DNA of 64,000 bases from Peribolospora baueri (taxonomy: Eukaryota): the NCBI GenBank assembly GCA_029717555.1, contig JAMDHS010000001.1, forward strand, positions 558,001-622,000. The letters are read 5' to 3'. The translations under genes and the position numbers were made by a program. The notes under the pieces are model-generated. The model ran no database searches. It saw nothing but the letters and a program-made list of their open reading frames with translations, and was not told the DNA's origin. Shown one piece after another: positions 1 through 12,850 of the stretch (positions are counted from its first letter, which is position 1; every line of letters begins with the position of its first letter).

Positions 1-582
1 TCCTCGTGTCCACGAGCGGAGGTAAGAAAGCAACAGCAAGAAGCAAGCAAGAATCAAGAAGCAACAACGACAAGACCGCTCCCGCCTGCCCGCGCCCGCG
101 CCCAGCCAGCCAGCCGACGGACGCTTTCATGCGCCCACGCACGGCCAAGCGCGGCTGTAGGCGGCCGTCGAGGGAACGCTCCGTCGTCGGCCGGAGAGAC
201 GGAAAGGCGGTCGACGCCCGTGCACGTGCGAGCACGTGAGCGAAGCCATCGACGACGGAAATGGGAACGGCTTGGACTCAACTCGGTCCAAGGCAGCTGC
301 CCCATCCCATTCATCCAATCCATCTCCCGTCAGAGCCAAATTAAGATATCATTGCAACCAACGCTCATCCCGGACGAAGCGGGGGAGATCATGAGGGGTA
401 GAGGGGGGTGATCAGAAACATAGAAAAAGAGCCAGACAGACAGACAGGTAGGCGGTGACGAGAAAAAAAAAACAAAAATCGAGGCAAAAAGGCGGGGGCA
501 CATAACGATGTAGAGGCAAGCAGAAGAGAGACACCACAAGCCGCAGGGGGTGCTAGATAATTACAGAAAGATCGGTCGAAAA

Positions 583-3500
583 TCAAGTCCCACTCTCTAC
601 AATGGCCACCAGCAGCAACGTCGAGAGCTTGGCCATGGTCATCCGCTTCGACTCCTGTTCGCGAAAAGAGGAAGGGCAAGATGGCGAAGGGGAAGCGTGA
701 GCGCTGCTTATCACAAGCCGCACATCGACAACGACATCACTCACCTTCAAGGGCGTGAAAGCGCCGCAATCGATCAGACTCCTATAGCCGCTCTCGTCCA
801 GATAGGCTGCCGGCCCACCACGCTTGCTTGTCTCCAAAGCTTGTGCTGCGAAGACGGGTTCGGCCGCCGCCGTATGAGCAATGAATTGCACAGCCTCGAG
901 GATGTCCGTCGATGGACAGTTCAAGAAGATGTCCCTCATCTTCGGAATCAGCGATTCATACCTGCGATGAAAAATGCCCGGGGATGAGTGTAAGCGACGA
1001 GAAAGAGCCGTTATCCACGCGCCACATAAAAGGTATCAATACCCACAGGATTGACACGATCGTAGGCACTTGCTGAGCGGCGTCTGCCAGGAAGCCGAAC
1101 AAAAGCAAACGTTCCGCATCGTTCTCCGCGTGCTGAAGGAGCGACGCCACGAGTGTGACCACCAGCAGGCTCAGCTTGTTCTCCGGCGCCTCCAAGTGCC
1201 GGTAGAGCGCGCTGAAACCACGCGTTCTAGCTTCTACGGCCTGCTCGCACACCACTTCGTCTGTGCCCGCCATGCGAAGAAGGCTACCAAAGTCCTCAGG
1301 TTTCGTGGAGATGGGCAGAAGCGCCACGAAAAAGCCGAGCTGGGGAGCACTGATCCTGCCGTCTTTCGATCTCACCGTGCCGTCTACCTCGACGGCCGAA
1401 TATTGGAGGAGACTACGGAGCAGATTAGCGGTCACGTCCTTGGTCGTAGGGTGCCGCAAGCCCTTGATGAGTAGTGCCGCCATACCGAACGAGAAGTTGA
1501 TCTCAAAGTCGACACCTGTCTCTTCGTCCAGCGCCGTGGCCGCCTCCTGAAAGTCCACCCGCGCGTCGAGCAAGAAGTCGATCATATCGGCCTTGCCTTC
1601 TTCGGCGGGCAGGTTGCGCTCGTGCAGCGTAGTAACCGTCGCCTGGAGCAATTCGACACCGACCTTGAAAAGCGGAACGTGCCCGTACTGGATCACCGCA
1701 ACGCCTAGCCAAAACATCTGCGGCAGGTAGCGTGAACGATCCGGCAGGATCTTGACGATCTTGGACAGGCAGGTTACGATGCTGATCATCGGTCCGTCAT
1801 TGCCAGCGTTTGCCCACTCGCTGATGCTGCCCCGGAGCGACATCAGAACTTGATACAGCAGGTCATCGTCGATCTCTCCCTTTGCAAGGCAGCCCAAGAG
1901 AAGGAACGCCCGGGTCTGTATGATGGGGTTGTACTGGAACGCCGTACTCGTGACCAGGCTGGTCAGACGCGCCCGCCAGCTGTTTGCAGTGTCTTTAGAA
2001 GTCAAAAGTAATAATTTAGTGAAATTCCTTCGACGCGAGCTCAACGCCATAACCGGGCGAACTCACCAACTGTTGGAGCGGCGATCTCGGCGATCTCGTA
2101 CAAGACATGGGCCAGCTCCTCGATCGAGTCGTTGGCGAGACTCTCGTGAACAATATCGTCGGAGTTGTTATCAAAGGCGCTGATCGGCCCTTCCGGAAGA
2201 CCAAAGAGCTTGGCAAAGTGACCGTCTGCGAATTTATTCAGCAGGGGTCGCAGCTTCTGCGTCGCTTCTTGATCTCCGGTATCCGCATCTTTACTGGAGT
2301 CCCTCGCGTCCCTGGCGTCGTCGGTGCAGAGAGAGTGGATCATGTTGATGGCCGTTCCGTAGATGGAGCTCCGCGTTTGGTCGTGACCGTTGGCAGCAAG
2401 TAGAAGGATGACGTGCAACAACTCAGGGAGGTAGAGGAGAACCTCCAGCCGACTGGTGAAGGACAGCATCATATTCATGCGCACCAACGTCGCAATCTCC
2501 TTCCAAGCCGGGTTCTCATGTAGCTGCGGCACCATCGGGTTTTGAGCGGTCTTTGCGATGGCCTGGGGAGTCGGATCCAAAGACCATTCATTGCCAATCA
2601 GCGGCGAGCTCCGACTGCACTCACGACCAAGCTACTTACGCGTCGCAGCCGAGCCAAAAGCTTGCCTCGCAGATTGATCGATGCAAAAGACACCATCGTG
2701 TCGAGAATCGCCTCGAAGCGCGGCGAGCTGAGCCCCGAGTCCATCGCGGCCTCGGCAAAGACCTCCAGGAAGAGTGGGATGAGATTGTCGAGCTTGCTCA
2801 TCTGAGCCCAGACCGCGCGTTGCATGGTGGCGTAGATCTGAGGAAAATGGTGAACAAATTCAGTTTTCATCCTGGTCCGAAGACCTCGACGTAGAAAGGT
2901 AACATACCTCGGGCTGTTTGGTGGTGATGTTAAGGAGGTTGCCGATAATCTCTTTGATGCGCTTCTGGTATTCCTCCTGCTGCTCCCTTACCGTATGAGT
3001 GAATATGACCAAGTTGGTCAACCACGGAGACATGTAGTGAAGGCAGACGGCCTTTTGGGACGTGGAAGCCTTTTCAAATCCCTCAAAGAAGGACAGCAAG
3101 AACTCGAGCGTGACTCCCGGAACTGCGGCTGCAAAGTCTTTGCTGAGTTCTGTGACAAAGGCGATGGTATTTGCAGGCAAAGCCAGACCTTTCACGCTCA
3201 GAAGGCGCTTCTTCGCGTTGCTGGCTCCGAAGTTGAACGACGTGCTGAGAGCGCAGAGCAGATCATAGGCTGAGAGCCGCAGGCCGTAGTCGTCGCTGGT
3301 GATATTGAGCATGGCCATGTTGAGCAGCGTGCCAGGCACATCGCTGGGAAGCAATGTCCGGTCAGCTGACTTGCTCGTCCGGAAGCGTTGCATTCTGGCT
3401 TTAGCTTGGCGGAGAGCCTGCACGATCTCCATCCTGTCTTTGCTGTTGAACAGGAAAGACATCGTTCCGCCCCTACAAGTGACGAAGAAAGTGTTGTCAT

Positions 3501-6500
3501 CGCCACGGACGGACACGTGCCGCACGTCGTCTACATCCGCAAGATGGAAGACGTCATGAGTGTAGGCGGACGCTCCGGACAGAATCTCCTGCTTCTTGAG
3601 CGCCAAGATCTGCAGATAATCTCCCCCAATACGGAAGCTGACAGGAATGAGCTGGCGATAGTACCAGACCATGGTGACTGATGTGAACTCGAGCTCGATG
3701 GGCGCCGTAGCGATGGAGACTGCGCCAAGAGAAAAAAATCGAATCAATAGCCGCTCCACTCCACAAAAAGGCGGACAACTCACTCGTTGACGATGGAAGC
3801 GCGATGTTGCGACGCTCCACATACGTTTCCAGCTCGGCCAGTGAGTTGACGAAAATCTGCTTTCGGATAAACTCGCGGCTCTCTTTTTCCTTGGCTTTCC
3901 AACCGCTGTACATCGGCCGGAAATATTGCCTCGTCGCCGTGTTCGCGCTGAGGTTGATGCAGTGAACCAGATTGTCGCAGATCTCTTGCGGTACGACGGA
4001 AATGAAATAGCCAAGCCACTGTATGGGTGTTTGGTGATCTGGGCTCATGAGCGTCCAGTCACAGACAAGATCGAATTGCTTGGTTGTGAACTGGTCGACC
4101 ATCTGAAGAGGAGGAAAGTAAATGAAGTTAATCTGTGCCAAACGCACTGTACATGCACCTGCCGAGCCAACCTAGGCAACCGCACCTTGAAGATGTAGAC
4201 CAGCAGACCCTCGAAGTTCATGGTCTCCGCCCGCATATTTCGAGCGGCGTAATAGAGCACTGGGCGCCCCTCTTTGGAGGGAGGGCCTTCGTACAGGACG
4301 GCTTTGTAGGCTTCTTCGTTAACACTTCGGCCCGCATTCCGGCGGATTAGGTGCAGATAGGCCTCCTTCCCCTCTGCAGAGCCCAGCGAAAGTCCTACGT
4401 CATTTAGCGAGTCGCCCATCTCTGCCAGCGCGGCACAAAGCGTCTCGTACGTCCGTTTCCCTTCGCCCAATGAGCCGTCGACGTTTTTGCTGCTGGTCGA
4501 CTGTTCACGGCGGATGAGCTCGGTGCCGATCTTGTCGATGTTCTCGAAAAGGAATTTTTGCAGCGATCTCTGGTCCGTCTCGTCGATACCATAGCCGTAC
4601 GGTTGAATGCCGTAGCCGAGTGGCTCGTCGGCAGCAAGCACGCGCTGAGGATCGGGAGGATTGTCGGACACTTGGTCGAGGAACATGGTAATCTTCCACA
4701 CGTTCAACTTGAGAAAATCATTCAGGCCGGTCATGAAGGGCTCTTTGTGGCTAGGGAAGAGGTTGTTGCTGGCAAGCGTTTGCAATATTTTGCTGATGAG
4801 CAGCAAGCCGCGCCGGAGCTCCTTGTTGGTCACGGGAATGTTGATATCGATGATTTGGGGGGCAACAACGGCCGGGCTGATGAAACGCAGGAACATAAAT
4901 CCGCCAACGCCTTGGTAGCGAGAGAGGGGGAAGCGCTCGTCCATCAACATGCGGATATGCCGGCAAAGTTGACGCAGGACTCTGGAAAAGACGTGATCCA
5001 ATCAGCCGGAATGCACGAAAGACATCACACAACGCACGGAAAACGTGAAGGGTCTTCAACTCACGCAGGGACTCGTGGTGCCGAGGAGCAGATAACGTCA
5101 ATAAACGCTTGGGCCATTTCCTCCAGATGCTGCTGGTTCACAGCAGCCGAGTCGCTGGACCCAAGCTTGCCGGCATCGATCTCGAAGGACCACTTCGACG
5201 CTTTCACAGTCATCTCCTGGATCAAAGGTAACAGGATCGAACGGAGATACTCGTAGCCGTGCGTCCTTGCGAACACAGAGAGCAGGTGCGTCCTGACCGA
5301 GTTGCTCCTGAATACGAGTTCCTCCGACGTCGTGTTCGCCACCTCTTCGTCCAACGCCAACTTGAGGAACTTCATAACCCCACCCCGACAGTCGAAGATG
5401 CTAAGTAGCACCACGTCCATCGGTTCGACATCCCAGCCCCGGCAGATGTTGCAGATCGACAGAGCCAGCTGCATGTCCGGATCGCCAACCAGCTCCACTA
5501 GCCGGGTCTGCTTTGTCGAGACGGAAAGGCGTTCCAGATCGTCGAAAGCCGTGCCTTGGTTCAAGACGTTTGTCATAATCTGCATGAATGCCGTGCGAAT
5601 CTTTGGGTCGTCATTATAGGCCATGGAGAGGGAGTGTTGAAGGCCAGCTTCAATGTTGGAGGCGAGCAGGTTAGACAGGGCAACGATGGCATACTCCTTG
5701 AGCGGCTCGATATCCTTCAGCTCATCTCTCTAAAAATGCGATATAAAGAAGAACTAGATTGTCAGCCATCCTTTCTATATACCAATCTTCCCATTGTAGA
5801 ACGATACCAGAAGACGTACCCTCGTAATCGTAGATCGTGGATCCCTCCTGGCCCTGTTAGCGCACTCGGCCGACTCGAGAGCTCGAGCGCGGTTGAGGAT
5901 CTTGATAAAGTACTGGAAGTAAAGCGTGAAATGTCTCGCCTTTGCCCACTCGACCTTGTCGTCGAAGAGCAATGCATCCTCAGAAAGGAGTAAAGGCAGT
6001 TTGTCGAGAAGCATCGAAATTGCCTTCAGACAGGCAACGTCCAGCTCCCGTTGAAACTTCTCTGCCGTCTTGGATGCGTCCTCTGCCTGAAAACACAAGG
6101 CAGAATAACAGCTATTGAACTCACCGGCCGGCACAACAGAGAACGTGGCAACTACCACGAATCAGTGCTCACCAGATCTGATGTCCAGGTTACGAGCGCC
6201 TGGTAGAGGCGATTGCGCACGCGGACCTCGTTGGAGAAGGCAAAATAGTCCTTCTTGACCATGAGCGTCTCGCACAGGTGGCACATGGAGATCTTGACCC
6301 GGAGCGCGGGCTGACTCGCACCGAGGGCGTTGACGTATTCGACATAGAGCACCATGAGGGAGCCAATGTCCACCAGCCGGGCGACCTCAGAAGGCTCGTC
6401 CATACGCTTGAGCACTAGCTGGACGACACCGATCGACTGTTCGACGAAAACGGTGTGTATATCTGCAAGCTTCGGCATGCCAGTCGACTTGTCGAAGAAG

Positions 6501-9500
6501 TTGCTCAAGACGGCGTGCACTTGTCGAAAGAGGATACCGTTCAAAGCCAGGTTGAGGTCGAGACCGAGGATCTCCTTGACCTTTTCGCGCACCCAGACCG
6601 AGTCCGACACGAGGAGATCGACCATCTCTTGCATAAAGTTCTCGATGTTTGGCATAGGGTCTTCCTGCTTGGACAAATGTGCCGGAAAATAGGCTGAAGA
6701 GAAAGCATCGGGGAGCTGATCCTGCCGTTCGACACAAGAGCCTCCCAGAGCGGCCAGGAATCCTGCGAAATTGTGCCACCGAGCCGCCTTTTCTTGCTGC
6801 AAAACCGGCGGGGTTGGGAAGCAGAAGGGAGACAGACGGCGAGTCAGCGAGATGGGCAAGATGGATCCGTGAGCACCAGAGCGGCTCAGCGTCAGAACTC
6901 ACCGATTCGGCTCGACTCGTGTCGTTCGTCATTGGCAGCACGACCACCGGCTTGAGTCTGCTCCATCGCGCATACGCCTCGGTCCACGCGGCCAAACTTG
7001 CCGCAGACGGTACCGCGAGGTTCCTGAGAAGCGAGCGTACCCGCCTCTGCTGGGCAATGCGACCCGTGACAACTCCCGATCCATCGGCGAGCTCCTTGAA
7101 GAACGCCCTATACTCGTTCACGGGTTGAGGGGTGAAGCGCGGCTCGAATTCGCGATTGTTTCCATGGATGCCGAAACACTGCATAGCCGCGGCGCAGACC
7201 TCGGTGTCCGCCGAGCAGATGGTCAAGAACAGTGCTATCTCGATAGCCACCGTGGCGCTGTGCACTTCGGATCGCGGAGGGTTGAAGGGCGCCTCTTCGT
7301 TTTCGCTCTGAAATGCGATAGGGGAAACAGGCCCTGCATCAGCGTTGCGTGGTCACGAAAGGCTGAGCCTCTTTACCCACCTCGATCATGAGGCCCATAT
7401 CAATCCATTCGTTGATCCGCGACAAAATCTGCTCCAGGAGCTCCAGTCCTTGCCGTTCGCCCTCAGCATCGTTGTGCGCATCGAAAAGTTGTCTCGCAGC
7501 GCAAGTGGCCATTAAAGGCCTACCAGCCCGGACAAGAAGAATTACGAGGCAAGACGACATGATCAGACGCAGGCAAGTTAGAAAGATCACGATCCCAAAA
7601 ATAGAAACCAACTGCGCTCACCCGAGTATAATGCTGGACTGAACGGCGCTCCGGAAGACCCTGGCCTCCTCGTCCGACGTGGGCTTGGGACCATAAACCT
7701 TGCTGAGCATCCTCAGCGCCGCAGTGTGAAAGGCTGCGCCGAGCGGCAAACTAAGGAGGTGAACTACGGTGTAAAGCAAGCTGAGCATCGTGTCTTCCTC
7801 CATCGCGACCTTGAGCGCCTTTGTCGGCTCCATGCCAGAGAGACCAGTGTTGGCCGTGAGCGTCCTCAGCAGTGAGTTGCGATCCGTGGACACGCTGGTG
7901 AAGGCGCCGCTAATATTGAGACTCCAGAGGACGATGATGGCCTGAAGGAGCTCGGATCGGCCGCTGAAATCGTCGGAGAGACGCCTGACAGGGGTTGGGG
8001 TTGGAGTCGCAGCCGTGCCCGAGGTGGTGCCCGTTCCCTTCAAAGTGCGCTTTCCGAACGAGCTGGTGGCGGCAGCTAATTCGCTTTCTTGCTGCTGCTG
8101 ATATATCTGTTGTTTCAGCTGTTTCTGCAGCTGTTGCTCCATTCTATAAGTGAGCTCCTTGAAAGTCATGCGAAGCCATTTGCCGATCCGGGGGAAGATC
8201 AGGTCGGGCTCCGGATACCAATGCATTCGCTTTCCCTCCCGGACGAGGACGATGCATGCTTTGACCAGCGCAAGTTTGAAAGCGAGCGGACTCCCTTCGG
8301 ACGTGCAGACGGGCACGATTCCCTTGAGGACCTTGTGCGGATCCAGGCGGTACAGCGCGACGAGGAGGTCGACCATGAGCGCCACGTCAACCTGGCCTGT
8401 GGCCGCATTGATGAACGGCCGCGAAGGCTCGAAGAGCTTTTCCTTCAGCTCGTCATCAATGTCGGGCACGAGTAGACGCAAGCCCGTCTCGGAGGGAGGC
8501 GTATAAGTGGCCGCCTTGCAGATATCTACGTAACAGAGTGCCGCAAGGTCGGACAGTTTGCTTGGTCGGAGCGCCTTCCTCAAGGACTCAAGAAAGTTAA
8601 TCTGTTTTGGAAGGGGAAGAGAAGTAAGGCAAGAACGATATGATGAGCACCATCCTTGTCAAACACCAAATCGCGCGCGCCTTCATCGTTTGCTAGATAG
8701 AGGCCGTCGCGTCGACCACACACCTTCTTCCCCAAACCCCCGTTCCTCCTCGCCGCCTCACCAACGGCCGCTTGGTTCATCGCGTCCGGGCACAATATGA
8801 CCAGGGCGGTCATCATGGGCCAAAGAGAGGTCCTGCGCTTGGTGCTGTCAGTCACGTTATTGACGTGGTCGAACAGCATCTCCGGTCGTGCCTCGAGCCC
8901 GCGGTTGGAGAGGACGAGGGACGCGAATTCGGAGGGATAGTACTGGATCCAGTTCCAGACCGCGCGGCGTAGGACGATGGCTGTTGCGACTTGAGCGGAG
9001 CGCTTGAGGTGAAGGAAGGAGATACAGAGTTCCTGAAGGATGCCACCGAGCCTGTTCTTGTTCAGATCGCTGCACTCTATCAGCCTCAGCTCCGCCACGT
9101 CCGCATTCTCATCCGGCGTCTGATTGAGTTGAGTGAGCTTGCTCCTGATGCGAGCAAAGACGACGGTCCAGTTGCTCGCGCTCAGGTAGAAGACGACCAT
9201 GCCGGCGTAGCGATAGATGGAGGCGATGACGATGGGCAGAGAGTCCCCGCTGTTGCTCTCGCCGTGAGAAGCCGTAGACAGAGGGAAGACTTTCGCGACG
9301 GGAGCGAAGGACGGGAGCGTCTCGAGCCTGCGTTTACGCACTTCGCCCGCATCTCTGCCATGATCTCCGCTGGGGTAGCCGAGGGCAAACGGAGACATGG
9401 TGGGAGGATAGGAGGTATAGAGCGTAAAGAGTCCTTTACCGGTGGACAGAGCGGAGGACGGCACGGAATGATGCGCCCAGAAATCCGCGCCGGAGGACAA

Positions 9501-11915
9501 GTTGCGACCCGTCCCTTGGGACGAGTCAGCGCCGCTCACCCCTGTCGTCGAAAGGCCCCCGGCCCCGACACCCGAGGTTCCAGATCCCGAACCGGAGCTA
9601 GTGGCCGCCATCCAAGCGTCCTCTCGCGCGGACATTTGCCTCAGGTAGGATGTCATAACGCTAAGCGTCTGTTTAGCCAACGTTTCGTCCAATGGAGGCG
9701 GATCATCCCAGCCGCGAGGGAGGAGAGGGCCACCATCAGGCGTGCCTGAACGAGCCGCATCGTCGCCTTGGCCGGCAGCAGCATGCCGCCGATGAGGCTT
9801 TGCCGGATCGTGAGTGGGATCGTCGCCGTGGGATTCGCACTTCCAATGATGGATCATGGAGGCGGCAAGGACCTTGATCATGAAGAGCTGTGACTGTAGT
9901 ACGTCGAGCGGAAGCGACTCATCCACCCGACTGCCCTCCTTGTCGCGGCCCTGGTACAAAAGAGAGATCGAATAAGACGAAGAAAACGGGGTTAGCGCAG
10001 CGCTCATGGACCGGCCGCAGGACGACGCAACGTGGCGCGCGCGCTCACCCGATTCAGACCATCCAAAGCAGTCACTAGCTCCCGAACGACGGGCGTCAAT
10101 TTCCATCGCGCAAGGTCGACCAGTGAAGCCACAGTGGCCCGCGTGAGCTCCTCCGTCTCCAACGAGGACAACCGTCGTCCAGAGTTGCACGGCAACTGCA
10201 GGCGGGAAGGGTTAAGGAGGTACCAAGCCATTGGAATCAATTAAACCAACCGAAATCCGCCAACGCCCTCCCTCTCCGCTTCTATTCCACCTGACCGCGT
10301 CGCAGCGAAACGCGACACCGGCCACACCACTCACCCTATTCACGAGCCTTTGCACCAAGCTAGAGATCAACAACGAGCTGGCGCCGTTGAGGTTCGCTCC
10401 CGCTGCAACACCTCCGTAGAGACTTCCGGCCCCGGCGACGCCGGTCAGTATCGCTCCGTCCGACCCCCATCCAGGCGCGCGGGTAGGCCCCCCGCCGCCA
10501 AGGGGAGCATAGATGCCGTATCCGTAGGAGGAGGAAGAGGGCGGGGGACCGCCTACGCCGATGGTACCGGGGAGACTGGTCACGCTGTCGCTGCCATGCG
10601 AGACACCGCCGGCTAGCCCGGCACCTGCTCCTCCGCCCCCGCCACTTCCGCTTCCGCTCCCGCTGCCTCCCCCACCGCCACCGGCGATCGAAGTACTAGA
10701 CCCGTACCCTGTAGGTGTACCCCCCGGTCCTCCCAACGCTGCGTTGATGGAGGTGGACGAGTGGGAGGGGTTGTGTGCGTGCGACGCAGATGCCGATGCC
10801 GAAGCGGCCGAGGAAGGAGAAACCCCTGCGCTGTTTGGCCCCGCCGAGGTGCTGGTGGTGTAACCGTGGGCGGAGGCGGAAGCGGGCAGGCCGTGAGTGT
10901 CGCGATAGAGGTAGGCAGAAGCATTGACGTTGGAAAAGGAGTGGCCATGTGCGCTGGTGGAGCTCGAGCTCGTTCGGCCCACGTAGCCAGTCGTCGAGGG
11001 CTCTCGAGGGGCACCTCCACCGCCTGCGCCGCCCGCAGACGCTGCTGAACCGCTAACAGGGGAATACATCTTTCCACTCTGAGAAGGCGGAGCGAAGCTC
11101 CGATCGAGAATTCGCTCTCGCTCGGGAGTAGGGGTATAAGCCTGAGTGGAATAAGGATAATTGGTCGAGAACGCCCCGGAAAAGCTGTTGGAGCTCGCCT
11201 TGTGTCGGAGGGACGGGTTTGAAGAGGAAGAGGACGAAGCGATGGCTCCGACAGGAGAGCCTGTGCGGGCGGTGGCAGCAGCGGAGGCAGGGGAAGAAGC
11301 TCCTGCTATACCTCCGCCACCCTTCAGCGCGCCGGCCGTTTGGACCGGCGAGTTGAGGGCGGAGGACTGCGCACTGAAGGGGGCGGATATGTTGGACGTG
11401 CCGCCAAAAGGTGCGGCAGAGGAGGAAAAGAGGGAGGAGAGGGAAGAGGAGGACTCGTTACGTGCCCTTCCGAGGTAATCGTGCTGCTGCTGCTGCTGTG
11501 GTCTGGGCTGGAGGGGCCCAAACGAACCAGAGCCGGACTCGTGGCCGGCGTTATCGAGAAGAGAAGATACGGTAGGCAGATATGGTTTTCCGTCGTCGTC
11601 CTTAATCGTTTCCTTTTCCCTCTCTCTGCTCCTATCCTTGTCCCGATCCTTTTCCTTTTCCTTGTCTTTGACGCCGGGAACGAACCTGCCTAAGCTTGAG
11701 AAAAGACCCCCGCCCGAGCCGCCGTGTCCAGAGCTACTTCCGGTAGTGACGCTGCCCGAGGTGGACTCCTTGTGGGCGTGAGAGTAAGGGTTGTGGGAAA
11801 GCGAGGCTGAGTGAGAATGAGAGAAGACGGAGGAGGAGGAAATGGACTCTGCGGGAGACCTGGGCGAGGCGATCGAGCTGACAGACGGTTCTCGGGGTCG
11901 TCCGCCGGTGGGCAT
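583..11915 (-). CDS. IRA2: Neurofibromin/IRA-type Ras GTPase-activating protein, multi-exon (RasGAP + Sec14/CRAL-TRIO + PH-like domains, long low-complexity N-terminus)
   Basis: Chain of minus-strand exons with NF1-like segments: YLSASNWTVVFARIRSKL, NLLASNIEAGLQHSLSMAY, LVFRSNS, RasGAP signature GGFMFLRFISPAVVAP, RRGLLLISKILQTLASN, DVPGTLLNMAMLN, YNPIIQTRAFLLLGCL, FEINFSFGMAALLIKGLRHP. Last exon ESKRMTMAKLSTLLLVAIVESGT* ends at 583. Start at 11915 is assumed from the longest ORF. Confidence 0.93.
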
Positions 11916-12850
11916 ATGCGAGACGGCCGTGAGGGACGGGTGGGGGAGGGCGTATAAAGACGGGCGAACGGAAATCCAACCAAGTGCGGCGGATGGACGG
12001 TAAAAGTAGAAAAGAGCACCGGGGGATCAGATGTCGGCGGTGTGACGATGGAACCGAAGCCGTCCGTGCCGGAAATGAGAGCAGGAGCAAGAGCAAGAAG
12101 GGGAGAGAGGAAGACTGGGGGTACGCTGGGTGCTGTTACTGCCAAACTGTTAAATTGAAAGCTTTTGTTCGCGGCGGTCGGCGTTCGTTATGACGTTGCT
12201 GGAGTTATGTACGATTGTGTGGATTTTCTGACGTGGATCGACGGGGCGACGACCGCGTCCTTGGCCGGTCGAGATGGGCGGCCTTTGGCGGAGGTGGGCG
12301 ATGACGGACGCTGTCGCGGACAGACCGTCTGTCTACGGACGGGCAGAGAAGGAAAGGAGGGAGGGGGGAGGGAAAGAGGGAAAGACGAAAGGAGGGGGAA
12401 AGACGAAAGGAAAGAGGATGGTGGTGGAAGTCAAGGCGTGGACGGCGACGAGACGAGAAGACAACGGCGGTGGATCCTCGACGTCGGCGGCTGGCCAGCG
12501 TCGAGCCAAGGCACGGGCCGCCGATAGCCGAGGCGACAATATACTTGTACCCGAGTACAGGTACACCAATATACTTGTCACGTTCAAGTATATATATTCT
12601 GCACGTCGCCTTGCGCAAGGACAGTCAGCGATCGAGTACAAACGACATGATGCCGAAGGACAGACGAGCCAGGCGCTGTATCTCCCTGAGACCATAACCA
12701 CGATGATACCCGCGTTCACAAGACGAAACGACCGAGAGAGCTGAGAGAGCGAGCAAGCGAGAAAAAACCGCGCCCCCGCTTATATCGGCCCTCATAGTCC
12801 CGCATCTGCCGCGCCGTCCCGAGAGAATCTGGACGCCAGGACACGTTGCA

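Noticed and set aside
12537..12594. Short direct repeat CAATATACTTGT and a 9-bp hairpin upstream of the RasGAP gene
   Set aside because: Too short to distinguish from an AT-rich terminator region or chance.
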